This document shows positions 39,371 through 54,620 of a stretch of 64,000 bases of DNA, in pieces. The DNA lies in NCBI RefSeq assembly GCF_009914755.1, contig NC_060927.1. One strand, given 5' to 3'. Within the stretch, counting starts at the first letter, position 1. Each line of letters starts with the position of its first letter. The position numbers and the translations under genes are program-made. Under the pieces are notes generated by a model that was not told the origin of the DNA, did not search any database, and saw only the letters and a program-made list of their open reading frames with translations. The stretch comes from the human T2T-CHM13v2.0 reference genome, Homo sapiens.

Positions 39371-40539
39371 GTCTCTACTTATGCCCTTATTTAAAAAGTG
39401 TACTGTTATTATATTTGTAAAAGAAAAAACCCATATGATTACTTTACTGTTATAAGAAGGCAACAGGTTCTGTACCAAGCAAAATAAATTACTGGAGTGG
39501 TACCATGAAAAAATAATTCTCCCATAGTTATCGTACTATGAAGATTTTGCTCAAAATCTAAACCTTCCCTTTTTAGATGTTGCTCTATTTTATTTCTTCC
39601 TTTAAAAAATTTTGAGGTTTATTTTGTTGCAAAATAACTTCATCCACACAGCTTAATACTCATATTTTTTAGTGTGTTTTGAGAAAGGGATCAGGCATTA
39701 AATGAGTTCTCTCTCAGTGTTCAAGTTTCAATTGCTATAGATTGAGGAAATGAATCCTTTGCTCTACTTGGCAATATTTGACCACTTAATGTATAAAATT
39801 AGAGCTTAAAATCAAGTTAGGGAATAAAATTTTGACTCAGGCAATTTGATTTTGTGCTTTAAAGGTGAAAGTGTATGAAAGTATTAGGAGTAGATTGGGA
39901 AGTGTTGGGGTTAAGCACTGACTTCATCACACGCCAAGTAAAGGGGTTAGCTCCAGGAATACACAGAGAAATAAACTCCAGTCCTCAAAGAGTGGAGGAG
40001 ATGGGAAACCCCGCAGTGGCAGCCTTGTAAAGAAAAGAGCCAGGCCGTTTAATCTGGTGCTGTGTTGTGTCCTGGCACTAAGATTCCCACCACCTCATGA
40101 GTCAGATGTTGAAGAAAAAAAGTCCAATTCAAGATACCCAATCTTTTTCCTTTCCCTTTCTTTTCTGAAGAATCTGAAAAGAGCAAATAATACAGGTCTT
40201 GCCTAAGTAGGCCCTTGGCCTCCACAACATTCTAAACCAAGACTTTCACCTTTGTTCTTTCCCTTGGAACCCATAGACTAACCCACGTGTATCTCTGAAA
40301 CTGTGGATCACTTAAGCGATCATCTTTTCCTTGTAGAACGTGCTCCAGTTGGAAGGGGACATTGGATTCCTGCATCAAGTGGTCTAAGCTATCCCCTGAC
40401 TCTGGGGCCCTCCTGGGTATCAGAAGACTTGCACTTGAGTCCAATGCCTACCATCAGTTATCCTCATGCTCTCCCAGTCAGTTATTCAGTTATCTCAGAG
40501 TGCAAAGACGGAAGAACACGACAGTTCATATAAAAAGCC

Positions 40540-40727
40540 TCATTTAAAATCTGGAATGCTACCCTTATGGGCTATGTGAAGTTGAGCAAATCCTTAGTCA
40601 ATCGAGGCCTCCGTGTCATCATTGTAAGATGTGGCAGTAGTAACTGTTTACACATTTGTGGTAAAGATTAAATGATGTTTCTCAAAATTCCAGGCTCATA
40701 GAAGTTCCTCAGCAATGAATGCTTCCC
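40540..40727 (+). mobile_element. MIR
   Basis: gctatgtgaagttgagcaaatcctt...ggcctccgtgtcatcattgtaagatg...gtaaagattaaatga. Confidence 0.6.
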
Positions 40728-40957
40728 TTGTTTTCTTCATAAAATGAGAATCCCAGTTTCTTGCCATCTGAAGAACTATAGGACCATTTTGGTTTATCTT
40801 TTATCAAGTTCTGGGGGTGGGGGCCTTGTAGAAAATTATTTATGGAGTACAAAAAACTCCTTAACTATTACTGTGAGTTACAAAAATAGAAGGACAATTT
40901 CTGTCAAAGGGAAAGATAGTTTTCCTATGCATAATTATTTATAAAAACCCAAAAGAA

Positions 40958-41247
40958 GGCTGGGTATGGTGGCTTATGCCAGAAATCCCAGTACTTTGGG
41001 AGGGCAAGGTGGGAGGATCACTTGAGCCCAGGAGCTAGAGACCAGCCTGGGTATCATAGTGAGACCCTGTCTCTACAAAAAATAAAAAATAAAAATTAGC
41101 TGGGCATGGTTGTATGCATCTGTAGTCCCAGTTACTCCGGAGGCTGAGGTAGGAAGATCCTTTTGCCTGGGAGGTCGAGTCTATAGTGAGCTGTGGTCAT
41201 ACCACCATCCTCCAGCTTGGGCAACAGCATGAGACCCAGTCTCAAAA
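40958..41247 (+). mobile_element. AluJ-type, full length
   Basis: ggaggatcacttgagcccaggag, catagtgagaccctgtctctacaaaa, ggaggtcgag. Confidence 0.9.
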
Positions 41248-43779
41248 TATGTAAGTATAAATGGAAAAAGTGAATAAAAAATAAGAAACTTCACCATTAT
41301 CTAAAATCCTTTTTAGAGAAAGAATAAAATTTAATCTAGTATGTCCTTTGAACTTTCCTCTAAAAAAAAGTTACAGAAAACAATAGTTTGCTGTTGATAT
41401 AGCATAAAGTAGCATTATATGTGGTTAATTTGAAAATTGGAGGCTCGATCTTTCCAATTTCTGCTAAAAAAAAAGAAGAGCCAAAGAAAGTAATTAAAAA
41501 CTGATCTGATTCCTCCTTTCTAGTAGTGAGATAAAAATCACCCCTTTTCACATGGTTTTGATGTTATCTTGGAAGACAATGAGCCAGTGCCTCTGGAAAC
41601 TTCCTACAGAATGTTTTTGTCTTTTTAGATCTGAAAATACTGAGAATCAAAACACTGAATGAGGTTTTATTTTGTTTCGTTTTTTCCAATCACAAGAACA
41701 TCGATATCCTCACCTTCCAAAATCTTTCCACATTTACACTGTGTCCTACTTAGGTGGTTACACTTACATTTTGGAAGTGTGACATTTATAAAGCATATCT
41801 TGACTTGCCTTAAAATAATAATTAATCTCTATTTTCTCTCTTTTAATTAACTAGGAGCATTCTAATTTCTTGGGTTTAAAGCGTAGCAACAAATTTCCTA
41901 CAGAATTCTCATTTTAAAAATCAGTTAAATTTTCAGTTCTTTTCTGTCCTTTATACATTTTACCCCTTTTTAGAAACTATGAGTGTGCGTGTTTGTGACC
42001 AATCAGATTATTCTGGCATTCCAATAGTCTGTATGCTTTTGCTTCCACATTTTATTAAACGTTCCTCAGTATTGTTTTCCCATATGATACATTCACATTT
42101 TTATGAGATGGGTTTTTGTCTGTAATTTCTTTTTACCTCCCTGGGCCCTTTCAAAACTGATTCCTTGAAAAAAAATTGCATGATGATTTTACTGAACATG
42201 CTCTACTGGAAATTGTATACGTGCTGGGTATCAATGATCTATTCTTGCTAGGTCATTGCAGTTCATGATGCCTTCTTGAGATTTCACACACATGACTAGA
42301 TTCGTAGTCCATATACTTTGTAAACTCTACAAAGTGCTTGTGATAACATCAGCAGAACAAACATAAAACAATTACACTCTCAAATACATTACTCGACACT
42401 TTTCATCACTATTTGAAGTTTGAGCTATAAAGTGAGTACTTTTAATGAATCATTTGAAATGTGCTCTAACATTCATAATCTAGGACTGGATATTTCCTTG
42501 TAGTAACTCACGTTAGGCCAAATCCTGTATGTTAAAGGATTAACCTAATTGTTTCTGTGAGCTCTTCCTCTGTTCCAGTTAGAATTGGAAATTAGGCATC
42601 TATACACAAACACTGTTGATTATTTTATAGATGAATTTGCATTAGGTTTATTCAACGTAGAACAAAATCAGGTCAATATCTTAGAAGATGACTTCAGCTC
42701 ATATTTTAAAATTATGGGCGCTTCTGATTTACATAGCTCATTTCCTCCCATTGTAATATGTGTTTGCGTGGTATTTGTCTTGCTTTGATTTAATATGGCT
42801 TTTCCTTGTAAGGTTTTCTAGAGATGGCAATCTTTCATTAATGTAGCAGATGATGACTTTTTTCTTTCCTCACAGTCCTACAAATAAATCCTAGGAGATT
42901 GAGAGATAAAATAAACAAGCACAAAAAGTCTCAGAATATTAAGAAAACTGAAGACATTTGAGACATTTGTCTTCAGGAGGAAAATTAGAAAAAGGAGGTA
43001 ATCCTGAGTATTACAAAAAGCTGGTTTACACAGTGACTGAAATATTCATGTACCAGAAAGCCTAAAACAAAAGTAAAAACCTATTAGTCAAGAACGGGAA
43101 AAGAGAGATGTATAGGAGACTAAAGTTTGTCACATCTAAAATCTGTCTCCCAAATCCACACTAGATGTAATTGTGAAACTCTACCTTAATTTACATAATA
43201 TTTTTAGGGAGTGAGAAGCTGGAAAAATTTGGGGTACCCACTCTCTATCATAAGTACTGCCAATATCAATTTTAATGTTTTCTAAAGGATTGATTGAACA
43301 ATAAACTTGTTATAGAAATGATAATCCCCTTAGGTAGCTACAAAAACATTTTGTATCAGGCATTTATACTTTCTTGTGAACACAGTGAGATCCATGTAAT
43401 AATCAGCTCCATGAGCAAATTATACAAGATTATACCCAAATTTTACTGCATATAGTTATATATATTGCTAAAAATATATTCTACATTAAATATGCAATCA
43501 TTTAAAATAACAAATGTGGATCAAAGGCCATTTGCCATTTGTGAAACCAACAACAATCACAAATGCTTAAATTACTTGGATAGAAAATGTTTGACCCGTA
43601 ACAGTTTTAAAAATCTCATAACTTTCTGCCTCTCTGGAGACAGTTTTACACATAGACCATAACAAGTTTACTTTATAATTTTCTGGAGAATAGTTTTTAT
43701 TTGTTAGAAGGGTTGGAATTATGAAATTCAAGTTAAAGGGAATCCTAAGTTGTCACCAAGCTCTGTCACAGCTTACACA

Positions 43780-43970
43780 TGTCCCCACTAGCATCCTACA
43801 CTTACCTGTATCGCATCACTTACAACACTTTATTATTGTGGGGTTTTTTTCTTCTAACTTCTTTCTCCAAATCCAGTCAATAATCTCCTTATCCATCATG
43901 GTGCCTCTGGCCCTAGCAGGATTCTTGACATATATAGATTTCAATAATTGTTTGTTGAACTATAGATGAA
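43780..43970 (+). mobile_element. L2 3' end fragment
   Basis: ccctagcaggattcttgacatatatagatttcaataattgtttgttgaa. Confidence 0.5.
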
Positions 43971-44175
43971 AGAGTATTATCATGAGAACTTTCTGTGACT
44001 GCCAGGAACACTCATTTAAAGTTGGTCCAACAACTCAATGTATCCTCCTACGGCAGATTCCATTAAAAAGAAGTGACTAATTGACCTTTAGTCCCATATT
44101 CACTGATAGAAAGAAGAACCATTTGACTTTTGCTGTGGTTTTAGATTCTCTGAGATGTTTTTTGAGCCATCCTCC

Positions 44176-44232
44176 CATCCATCTATTCATCCATCCATCC
44201 ATCCATCCATCCATCCATCCATCCATCCATCC
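44176..44232. repeat. (CATC)n tetranucleotide microsatellite
   Basis: Direct reading. Confidence 0.95.
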
Positions 44233-44622
44233 CCTCTATTCATTGTAAGGCGTTGTGTTTATGGTACTTTACATGCCACATGAATTTGTTAATGAATGTA
44301 TAAATACATTATTGAAGTTATTATGAGTTATCTATGCTTCATTGAAACCTATGCCCCATTCTAATGTATTCAAGAACCAAATTCCACCGTAGATTCTTAC
44401 AACCAAAGCTTCAACATTATCCCCCTTTCCTCCTAATTTAGATTCTTTTCTATCTCCCTCTTGGTCTAATTGAAAGATTAACTCATTCTCAAAGAAGAAC
44501 TGAACATATATTACACATCTATAGATGTAAAGCCACTGGGGGTTACTATACTGCAAATATCAATGAGGAAGCAGAGATGGGTTTTATGGATAAAGCTGAA
44601 AACAATGCCAATACATAGTGAC

Positions 44623-45003
44623 TGCTGTGGTTTGAATGTGGTCCCCAAATCCATGTGTTGGAAACTTAATCCCCAACGCAACATATTGCAAGGTGGGGCC
44701 TCGAAAGAGGTGATTAGGCCATGAGAGCAGAGCTCTCGTGAATGGGTGAAAGTCATTATGGAAGGAGTGGGCTAGTTATCATGAGACCATATTACAAAAG
44801 AGAGTTCACCCCTCATGCTCTCTCTGTCTCACATGCTCACTTTCACCTTCCATCCTTTTGCCAAGGGTTGCCGTGACCAAATGCTGGCACTGTGCTCTGT
44901 TACTTTCCAGCCTCCAAAACTAAGGACCAAATAAAATCTCTTTTCTTTATAAATTACCCAGTCTGTGGTGTTCTGTTATAGCAGCAGAAAATAGACTAAG
45001 ACA
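44623..45003 (+). mobile_element. MST-family solo LTR (MSTC/D-like, ERVL-MaLR)
   Basis: TG...CA termini (tgctgtggtttgaatgtg...ataaattacccagtctgtggtgttctgttatagcagcagaaaatagactaagaca); perfect 5-bp TSD gtgac at 44618-44622 and 45004-45008. Confidence 0.9.
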
Positions 45004-46114
45004 GTGACCAAACCTAAGCTTGATAAGCAGTTGTTCACCTGTAGTTGTGGCTGTGCCTGGCTGGAAAGGTGGCTGGTAGCAGCCTATTTGCAGACATCTT
45101 GGCAGGCATCCTGATGTATTTACTGCATTTTGCCCCAAACCTATATTTATTTGTCATGATGAAAGAGGTAAAAAGCCCTAAGAATGAATGTATTACATAT
45201 ATTTTGAAGATTAAATAATGATTGAAAATGTAATGAGAACTGTATGTAATAAATTTATAGGTTGTCAAAAAAATATTTTTTTAAGAAACCCTAATTCTGA
45301 AAGATAAAATGACTACTAAAACAAATATTAAAAATTAATTAAAATATTTTTATCTGTGTTTTAATATGATTAGCTCTTCAAATGGAATGAACTAATTGTA
45401 TAAAACTGTAGCTTTTACCAGGTTGACTTTCTTTTGCAAAAAATGGTGGTAAAATGCTCTGAAAAATTTGGCTGACTTACCTACACAGTAATTACCTAAC
45501 TTTATTCTACTTTGATAATACTTGTTAGCAAAAGATATTTCAGTGCTAACATTTTAAATTGTTGAAAATAGGAAAAGAACATTTTCTGCATCTAGCACAT
45601 ATTATTTAACAAACATCTGTTGGGGTAGATACCTCCCATCAGACACAAATAACTTTTCAAAAAGAATAGTTCCCTTTTATGTCTAAGAAAAAGCAAATGG
45701 TGAAAGCAACTAATAAGCTCTTAACAGGCACTTTATTGTGGGGAGGGGAATCCATTTAACCTTGAATATCAGGGTGGGAACAACCTGGCAGCTATAAAAC
45801 AAGCATTCCTGAGAATTTTTGAAAAGGTCTCCTTTTCCCTGTTGAGACACATATGAAAATTATGCACCCTTACTTACAGTGAAATTGGTAAATTAGAATC
45901 ACTATAATCAGAAACATTTCATCTTTGAACATGTCAGTGGTAAATGCACGATTCATGCAAATAATGTATCCATCTTCTGCTCCTTTCATTTCTTCCTTTC
46001 TCCATTACAATTCACTTCTATTTATTTTCACAGTAATGTGTGTTGAGAATGTTTAAATGCATTCTGCAGTTCTTTAAGCTGCCTTGATGAGGGTGACCAA
46101 TGATGGGGAGGTCA

Positions 46115-46512
<398 letters not shown>

Positions 46513-47189
46513 CTACATCAGAGATTACCTTCCTCACTCACTCCCTGCTTACTCCAGTGGGGGCTTCTCAAACATTTCTGTCATCAGCCTTGGAGGTCAA
46601 CGCTTCCTGGATTTGCCTATGCTTCTAAAAGAACAATATAAATATGCTTGTGTGAAATTCTCACTTTGCCTCATTGATAAAATCTTTCTTGACCTGCAGA
46701 TCAATTTGGTCTGCTGCTTCTCCGCTCCTGAGTTTGGGGTCTCCATTGTGTTCAGTTGTATTTTGAATATACAACAATATAATTCTGCCCCTTTCAAAAT
46801 AAATTTTGTCCTTTGCCTAATTATATTCCCTTGCCAGCCTGCCTTTATCTTGATCTAGTGCCTTTTTCTAGTCTAGAAATTTTATGTCTCTTTCTTCCCT
46901 TTCTTCACATTCCTTACCTTGCTTAGACTTTGGTGTGATCCAGAATCATCTTTGATGGAACTGTAACTGGTATGTTTATTTTTATGTTTGTTTTTTTCCT
47001 AAGGATACAGTCAAAGCAAAAGACATTAAATCAGAAATTCTATATTCTGACCAATAATGGTACTCCCTGATTCTGAAAATACTTTAGTTGAAGAAACATT
47101 CCAGTTTCAGGAAAGTTCAAATGTGGAGCATAGCATGCTTAGATTTAAACATATTGATAGAGCGGGTCCTTTTATCTCACAGAGTAGAG

Positions 47190-47333
47190 CTACTAAAAAT
47201 ACAAAAATTAGACAGGCATGGTGGCTCACGCTTGTAATCCCAGATTCTCAGGAAGTTGAGGCAGGAGAATCGCTTCAACCCGGGAGGCGGAGGTTGCAGT
47301 GAACTGAGATCGCACCATTGCGCTCCAACCTGG
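47190..47333 (+). mobile_element. Tail-less AluS fragment (linker plus right arm)
   Basis: ctactaaaaatacaaaaattag...ctccaacctgg; no poly(A), no canonical TSD. Confidence 0.9.
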
Positions 47334-47796
47334 AGTGATATCCAGAGTGATATAGAAAATATCACTTAGGTGGTGGGGATGATTGAAAACCAGATTTGGA
47401 ACCTGGCAAACCCAGAATATAAAGTTTCCTAATAATTGATAAAAGATTCATTATTTTGCCAGGATAGACACAAAATTTAGCTTTTTAAGAAATTTCTTAG
47501 ATTAGAACAATGATACTTTTTTCTTATTAACAGAGAGGTGATTCAGTCATTTATTAATAGACCTACTTCTATCCAGGGCTTTTTCCCCATCACAATGAGA
47601 ACTTTTTGTAAAGGGAAAGAAAATGGACCCAAGAAAGGGATATCATGAAATATAATGTCTTGTATTCATATTTCATATCTTATATTTCATGATTTAAAAC
47701 ATTAATGAAATATAGCCATGTTCCAGTCCCACATACTCATCTAATGTTGCCTTTTGCATCTGAAATATTACTATGCTAGTCTAAGATTAATAGTTT

Positions 47797-48089
47797 CTTT
47801 TCTTTTTGAGGCAGAGTCTCACTCTGTCGCCCAGGCTGGAGTGCAGTGGCGCGGGTCTCAGCTCACTGCAACCTCCGCCACCTGGGTTCAAGTGATTCTC
47901 CTGCCTCAGTCTCCTGAGTAGCTGGGACTACAGGCACCCACCGCCATGCCCACCTAAGTTTTGTATTTTTAGTAGATATGGGGTTTCGCCTTGTTGGCCA
48001 GGCTGGTCTCAAACTCCTGACCTCAAGTGTTCCGCCTCTCTTGGCCTCCTAAGTGCTGGGATTACAGGCGTGAGCCACCATGCCCGGCC
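47797..48089 (-). mobile_element. AluSz/Sx-like, full length
   Basis: cctgacctcaagtg; TSD taatagttt at 47788-47796 and 48090-48098. Confidence 0.92.
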
Positions 48090-48104
48090 TAATAGTTTTT
48101 TATT

Positions 48105-48220
48105 AGCTGCACAGGGAGGCTAATCCCAGTCACTCAATAAACTGAGGCAGGAGGATCACCTAAGCCTAAGAGATGGAGGCCAGTTTGGGAAACATAGCAA
48201 GAAGAGTCTCAAAAACAAAA
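48105..48220 (+). mobile_element. FLAM/FAM-type Alu monomer
   Basis: taatcccag...ctgaggcaggaggatcacc...ggaaacatagcaaga...gtctcaaaaacaaaa. Confidence 0.7.
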
Positions 48221-51200
48221 CTTAGAACATTTTCCTTATTTCTGGTTTCATCCCACTCCCCTCATATGTCTTTCATAGAGTATGCATAAGATCAAGATTG
48301 CTTGTTTGGGGAAAAAATAATCTGAGATTTAAAAAAATCCCTTTGCATAACAAATTTTTAGAGCTTGCCATCCAGATGACTAAAGATAAGGTTATGATGT
48401 CTTCTTAATTCATTCTGAGTTAATCCGTTCTCACAACAAGCTGCACATTTATTTATTTTCTACCTTTTGAACACTTACATTTATTTATCTCTGGGTACCC
48501 TGTTGGGCTACATTCCATATTGTGACGTGACAGCTTTTCATCAGCTTTAGAAGGGATATTTTGCAAAATGACTGTTTCACATCACTCTATACCCATATTA
48601 GAGACTTGTTGGCAGTAAAAATATTTACAGTGAGAGGGCTGTCTTTTTTGTTCACATTTTCTGATGTAGTTGCTGTCATCTTTGCAACTGCTTTTCTTCT
48701 CAGGGCAGTGAACCAGCTAACTACACCATCTCCTGAGTGTCTATTTTGAGGGTGAGAGGCTTGCTTTGCTTCTGTTGATAGAAATGGGATTTATCCGTGA
48801 AAATTGACAACTGAATTGTCACCTTCCCCTCAGGTGGTTTCCTAATTATAATTTGTTCTCTGCCGTGTCAGGAAACAGAAGAATAGAAAATCAGAATCTT
48901 TTTTACTTGCTGCAAAGCAAACAGGATCAGGACAGCCTGGGAGCCAGGGAAAATCACACTGGAAATAGCTCAAAGTTCCTGGTGGGTTGCGAAGATGGGC
49001 TATTTGGGAAGGTTATTCAGGTGGTTCAAACTGCCTAGGGCCTTAAGTGAACTTGAATAATAATAGGCCAGTGATTTCTATCCCAAAATAGGCTGCTGCT
49101 CTGGTACTTTGTTAAAATTTGAAATTACTTTTCTGAAAATGCCATCTATTACCATAACTCTGCACAGAAACAGTGACTTGTAAGTAGATCAACAGAGGTC
49201 AAATGTGTGGCACTCAGGCATAGAGCAGTACATTGAAAATCCCCCCTAATGTGTTAATTGCCGTGCTCCAGAAAGCATGCTTCAATAAACCCTAGTCACA
49301 TATGACATATGAAACCCCGAAGGTTTGTCAACTTCCATGGGAGTATGAACCGGTGGTTGAATGACTGATAATGCTTGGAAATGCCTAGGCATTTTGCTTC
49401 TCATTTTGTTGTTTGATGTATGAGCTTTTACTATTTCCTGGGCTATGTGGGGTGAGGGAAAGGACTGAGTTAGCTACTACCACTCATATTATGGGGAATT
49501 TTAAGTGTTCTTTTTAACAAAAAGTTAAATATCTCAAGATAAATGTGTTGTTGTCGTGAGAAACCATTTAGGTTGCCCCCTCCTCTCTGCTTCTCCTTCC
49601 TTTTCTTTAGTCTCTTTTCCTTCTACCTCTTTCACTTTGTTAATCTCTTCTTGGCCCATCATATATCTCTATCTCCCTGGCTCACTGCTGTGATGTTTCT
49701 CCATTCTTTCTCATAGCCAATGATCTAAATTTGTTAAGAAATCATTTGGACACTATGTCCCTGAGATATTGAGAACAAGGTGCACACAAATCTATTTTAA
49801 AAAGTTGAGTAAATTTCAATTATTTAAATGTTCTACTTTACGGAAATTATGCAAAGGTGGCCAGTGGCCAGAATCATGAGCTCTTGACTAGTAGCTGAAA
49901 ACATCCCCAAACTGGAATGATGCCTTTCTTAAAAACAGCTCATTCTACTAAAAAGTAATGTCAGTTGTAAAAAATTATCTGACACTCTTCTTCCAGAAAG
50001 GTGGAAGGATATATGTGGAGAGACAGTCTTCCATTCACAGTTCTAGACAGCAACCACATTTACTCCATATTGACAGCGTCACACCTTTCTCTCCCCTAAA
50101 CACCTAGAGAAGAGAGATTACTTCTCTTTGATTTCTAACATCTTCCGCAAGATGATTCCAATGAAGTGTTCAGGAAACAGACTGGGCAGAGAAAAGATCG
50201 GATGAGTTAATGGGGATAGATTCCCCACCACTACAAAGAAAATAATTGATAGCATCTAACCCTAATAACCTGAATGACAGTATCTTATATAAATTTGAGT
50301 TAATAATTCAGCATCCACTTTTCTGTTTAGCAATATCTGCTAAATTCAAAGCAGCTGCTTTCTACTCCCTGTTAGTATTCTTTAGCAAAGCTTCTAGTTA
50401 GGATAATCCTTAGGATATATAAACATTTTGGTTTTATTTTTTCTCTTAATACTAACTGGGAAGGTGCATTTTAAAAGTTATACATAACATATATAATATT
50501 TTTGTAGTTAGTAATGTGTGGAGTATAATTGTAAATTTTATGTATATGCTACACACCCATAAATGAGACATGTACAAATGCATTGGTTTCAAATCTAAAA
50601 GAAACTGGTTTGGGATATTTTGCCTTTTTTTGTTTGTTTTACTTCCAATACTGTTAGCCTAACCCCAATGATCGATTTTCAAATTTGGAAAATTTTAAGA
50701 GACTTATCTGTGAGATGTGAAGTCAAAGCTTTTTAATATGCTTAATGACTTGCTTTTGGTAATAGATTAAGATCCGAATGAAAAGTAGACCTTTTCTGTG
50801 GCATAATAGTGCCAGCCTGGGGAAATAGAATTATTTCGAGTAGGAAACACACACTATAATTTTAGAGAGATAAAGGTAAAAGATGGCCAGTAAAAGACTA
50901 GAAGAGTTCAAAATTAAATATATATGTATTATAGATTACTCATAATATATATAATACTTATAATAATATTTATGTGGGTCCCTTTACTTTAAAAAACTGG
51001 TGGATATAAAGTATTGATCTTCCAGAGTCCATTTAAAATTTGATTCCTACACTTGTTTTTCAGAGTGTAGCCATTCATTGTAAAAAATAAAATGCATCTC
51101 ATCATTTTGCTTGATATTTTAGCTGGGAAGTTATATTTTTATTCTTCCTATTCATTTTCTATGCATGAATATAAGCATGACTCAAGTTTGACTGCTGAAA

Positions 51201-51356
51201 ACCAGACACCTAATACCCTTAATTCATTGCCTCACGATGAAAGGTCTGATCATGATGACATCTAGAATCTCATGGGTTCTTATTTGAGATTATGTTTTAC
51301 AGCTCTAGGTACTTTTCTGCCCTTAGTAACAGAAAAATTTTAAAAATCAGACTTCC

Positions 51357-51657
51357 TTGTTTTTTTTTTTTTTTTGAGATGGAGTCTTGCTGTGTCACCT
51401 AGGCTGGAGTGCAGTGGCGCGATCTGTGTTCACTGCAACCTCCGCCTCCCAGGTTCAGCGATTCTCTTGCCTCAGCCTCTCAAGTAGCTGGGATTACAGG
51501 TACCCACCACCACGCCCAGCTAATTTTTTCATATTTTAGTACAGATGGGGTTTTGCCATGTTGGCCAGGATGGTCTTGAACTCCTGATTTTAGGTGATCC
51601 ACCCACCTTCGCTTCCCAAAGTGCTAGGATTGCAGGCGTAAGCCACCACACCTGACC
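51357..51657 (-). mobile_element. AluSx-like, full length
   Basis: Dimeric Alu with poly(T) on the + strand; TSD cagacttc. Confidence 0.92.
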
Positions 51658-52329
51658 CAGACTTCTTAATTGCCCAAACTGGAGCAGGTTAAGGGAGCTA
51701 TCTTTCCAATCCATGGAGAAACATTATGGCAGAAAAGAGCACAGGAACCTCAATAAACTATCATAAAGTTGCTTTTAAGCTGAAGTTGGGAGAAAATGTT
51801 GCTTTCTGAAAGATTCTTAAACTTGCTCATGTTAAAATTCAAGAGAGTCTTTGGTAGGAGAAAGTTGAACGTGTTTAGTGCACATTCACGGATGTTCATA
51901 GCAGAGTTGGTATGTTATAAAGACAGTACTGTTAGGAGTGCACCAATTTAGTAGCTGGGATGCTTTCATGGAAACAGAAGCACTATTTGGGGTCGTTGTA
52001 GGTGACCCTAATGGAATTGTATTTTTGACATCATTTGCTACCTGTGATCAACAAACAATTGATATCCTACTAGAGAATTATTGCCTACTTACTTTGTCTT
52101 CTTTGCCTTCTACACAAATACTTCAAAAATTGATTTAGCCACACATAAATGATCAGCCGTTATCCGTTTACAAGTTCTCTAGCCTAAAGCTGCACATGAT
52201 CAACACTTATCCGTCCATGATTGTGGCAGATAATGTCCATTCCTTCTATATTCCTTAGTCTTTCTTAGTCGAAGAACTAAGCTTGATTCGAGGTGACAAT
52301 ATACTGGCTAAAAAATTACATTTTTAAAA

Positions 52330-52735
52330 AATCAGTTCTTGCAACTACGTGTGATTCATGAGAATATTTTGGACAATGGTATATAGGTGCAAGTGTTGTA
52401 TGCCAAGCTGGGAAGGTAACATGGAAAGACTTCACCCAACAAAAACAACTGCCCATTTGTCTTTTTCCATATCCCCTTTCTTACTGCTTGAGAGATGAGT
52501 TCATGAGTGCTGGAGCTTCAGCAGACATCTGAAACTATGAACAACACTGAGAATGGAATTGACATTCTAGGACAGCGCTGCAGAAGTAGCCTGGGTCCTT
52601 GGTGACTGAAACTTCCATACCAGCTCTGAATTCTTTACCTGTCAACTTACTATGTGAGAAAGACAAAAACATATTTTCAAGCAATTGTTATTTTTATTTT
52701 CTATTTTTGCAAGCAAACCGGTAAATAATTGGTAT
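52330..52735 (+). mobile_element. MLT1J-like LTR fragment (ERVL-MaLR)
   Basis: gctggagcttcagcagacatct...agcctgggtccttggtgac...ccataccagctctg...tatgtgagaaag...ttcaagcaattgttattt. Confidence 0.65.
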
Positions 52736-52801
52736 TGCTTAATCATCAAAATGAGTCTTTAAAATTTTGAAATCACATATACAGAGGGACTAAACACTTT
52801 A

Positions 52802-52985
52802 GCAGAGCAGTATAGATTTTTGGAAACATCACTACACGACCTAGTCAAGAGATGTGATTCGAATTGTTTCTCATTAACTCTATGGCCATGTGGCTTTTGG
52901 TAAATAACTTTTCCTCTCTGAGCATTGTTTTCTTCCATAAAAGTAGAGATCTGACTCGGTTAGCACTAACATTCCATCTTTGACC
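52802..52985 (+). mobile_element. MIR/MIR3 fragment
   Basis: gccatgtggcttttggtaaataacttttcctctctgagcattgttttcttccataaaa. Confidence 0.55.
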
Positions 52986-53111
52986 TGTTGAGATACCTTG
53001 TCCTGACTAAAACGTCCCTTATAACCTTGAGTCTAAAGGCTATGATCAGGAAGAGAACACAATTCCCAAGTCCAGTCGAGATTTACCTTTAATAAGAATT
53101 CATGGCTTATG

Positions 53112-53407
<296 letters not shown>

Positions 53408-53777
53408 AAGGATTAATGGCCCATGGAGAGTATTAGTAGCTCTATCTCAAAATCTTCCCTGAAGCAAACTTGTTAAAATACAGCTAGTGGTGTTGGCACT
53501 GATGACCTTCTCTCTCTCTCCCTCAATCTCCCCAGGAAGCAGTCAACCTAAAATGCAATTACATGCAAAAAAGTTTCAGTCATGGTAATTGGAAGATGAT
53601 ATGGTGGCAGGTGATGTGATAGCAAAAGTCAGTTTCTGGATGTAGGAAGGAATATTGAAAATGTTAGATTCTAGAACAAATCAATATTTCCAACAGTGTG
53701 CAATGAAGGGAACCTACCAGGCTACTCCAGCCTGAAAATACCTTGGAAATTTTACAGGAGGTATTTCTTCACTCACT

Positions 53778-53807
53778 CACACACACACACACACACACGC
53801 ACACACG
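53778..53807. repeat. (CA)n microsatellite
   Basis: Direct reading. Confidence 0.9.
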
Positions 53808-54318
53808 TGCGCAAGGAATTATATCAGGATTTATTAGTCCTGAATAAACTTCACTAGCATTGTGAATTTAACGCTAAGACTTTCCCTTCCAAAAGCTTTA
53901 TTATTTATTTTCCCTTTTCTATTCTCATATATTCATCCAGGAGCTAGGAAGGACTGACAAAAAAAATAGGCAAATGCTCAGCTTTGCTTCTTCCACCAAG
54001 ATCTGTGATCTGTAGGCAGAAGTGATTCTTATTACCAAAGTGAGTAAAGTTCTTACTCCCTCTAACAGCAGGGAGTGACCTGCTTCAAATGTCAAATGGA
54101 ACCATGAAAACCTTTTGTCACAGGGCCCTCGTTAAACAATCAATGACACTTCATCTACTTGAATCCTTGGGGAGTGATGCCGGTATCCTCATGGAAGGGC
54201 CCCTTAGATATTCTGTTAGAGGTATTTGGGTCTCAGTAGCTGTTGAGGTGTCTGTGCATCTCTTATCTATCCTTCTAAGAGTGCAGTAACATATGTTATA
54301 AATATCCTGTATATTTTA

Positions 54319-54620
<302 letters not shown>

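Noticed and set aside
45470-45500. Minus-strand TAG|GTAAGT
   Set aside because: No polypyrimidine tract upstream; illustrates the chance occurrence of the 8-mer.
45793-45810. TATAAAA plus a TEAD-like CATTCCT as a promoter
   Set aside because: Short motifs common in AT-rich DNA; no CpG island or downstream exon support.
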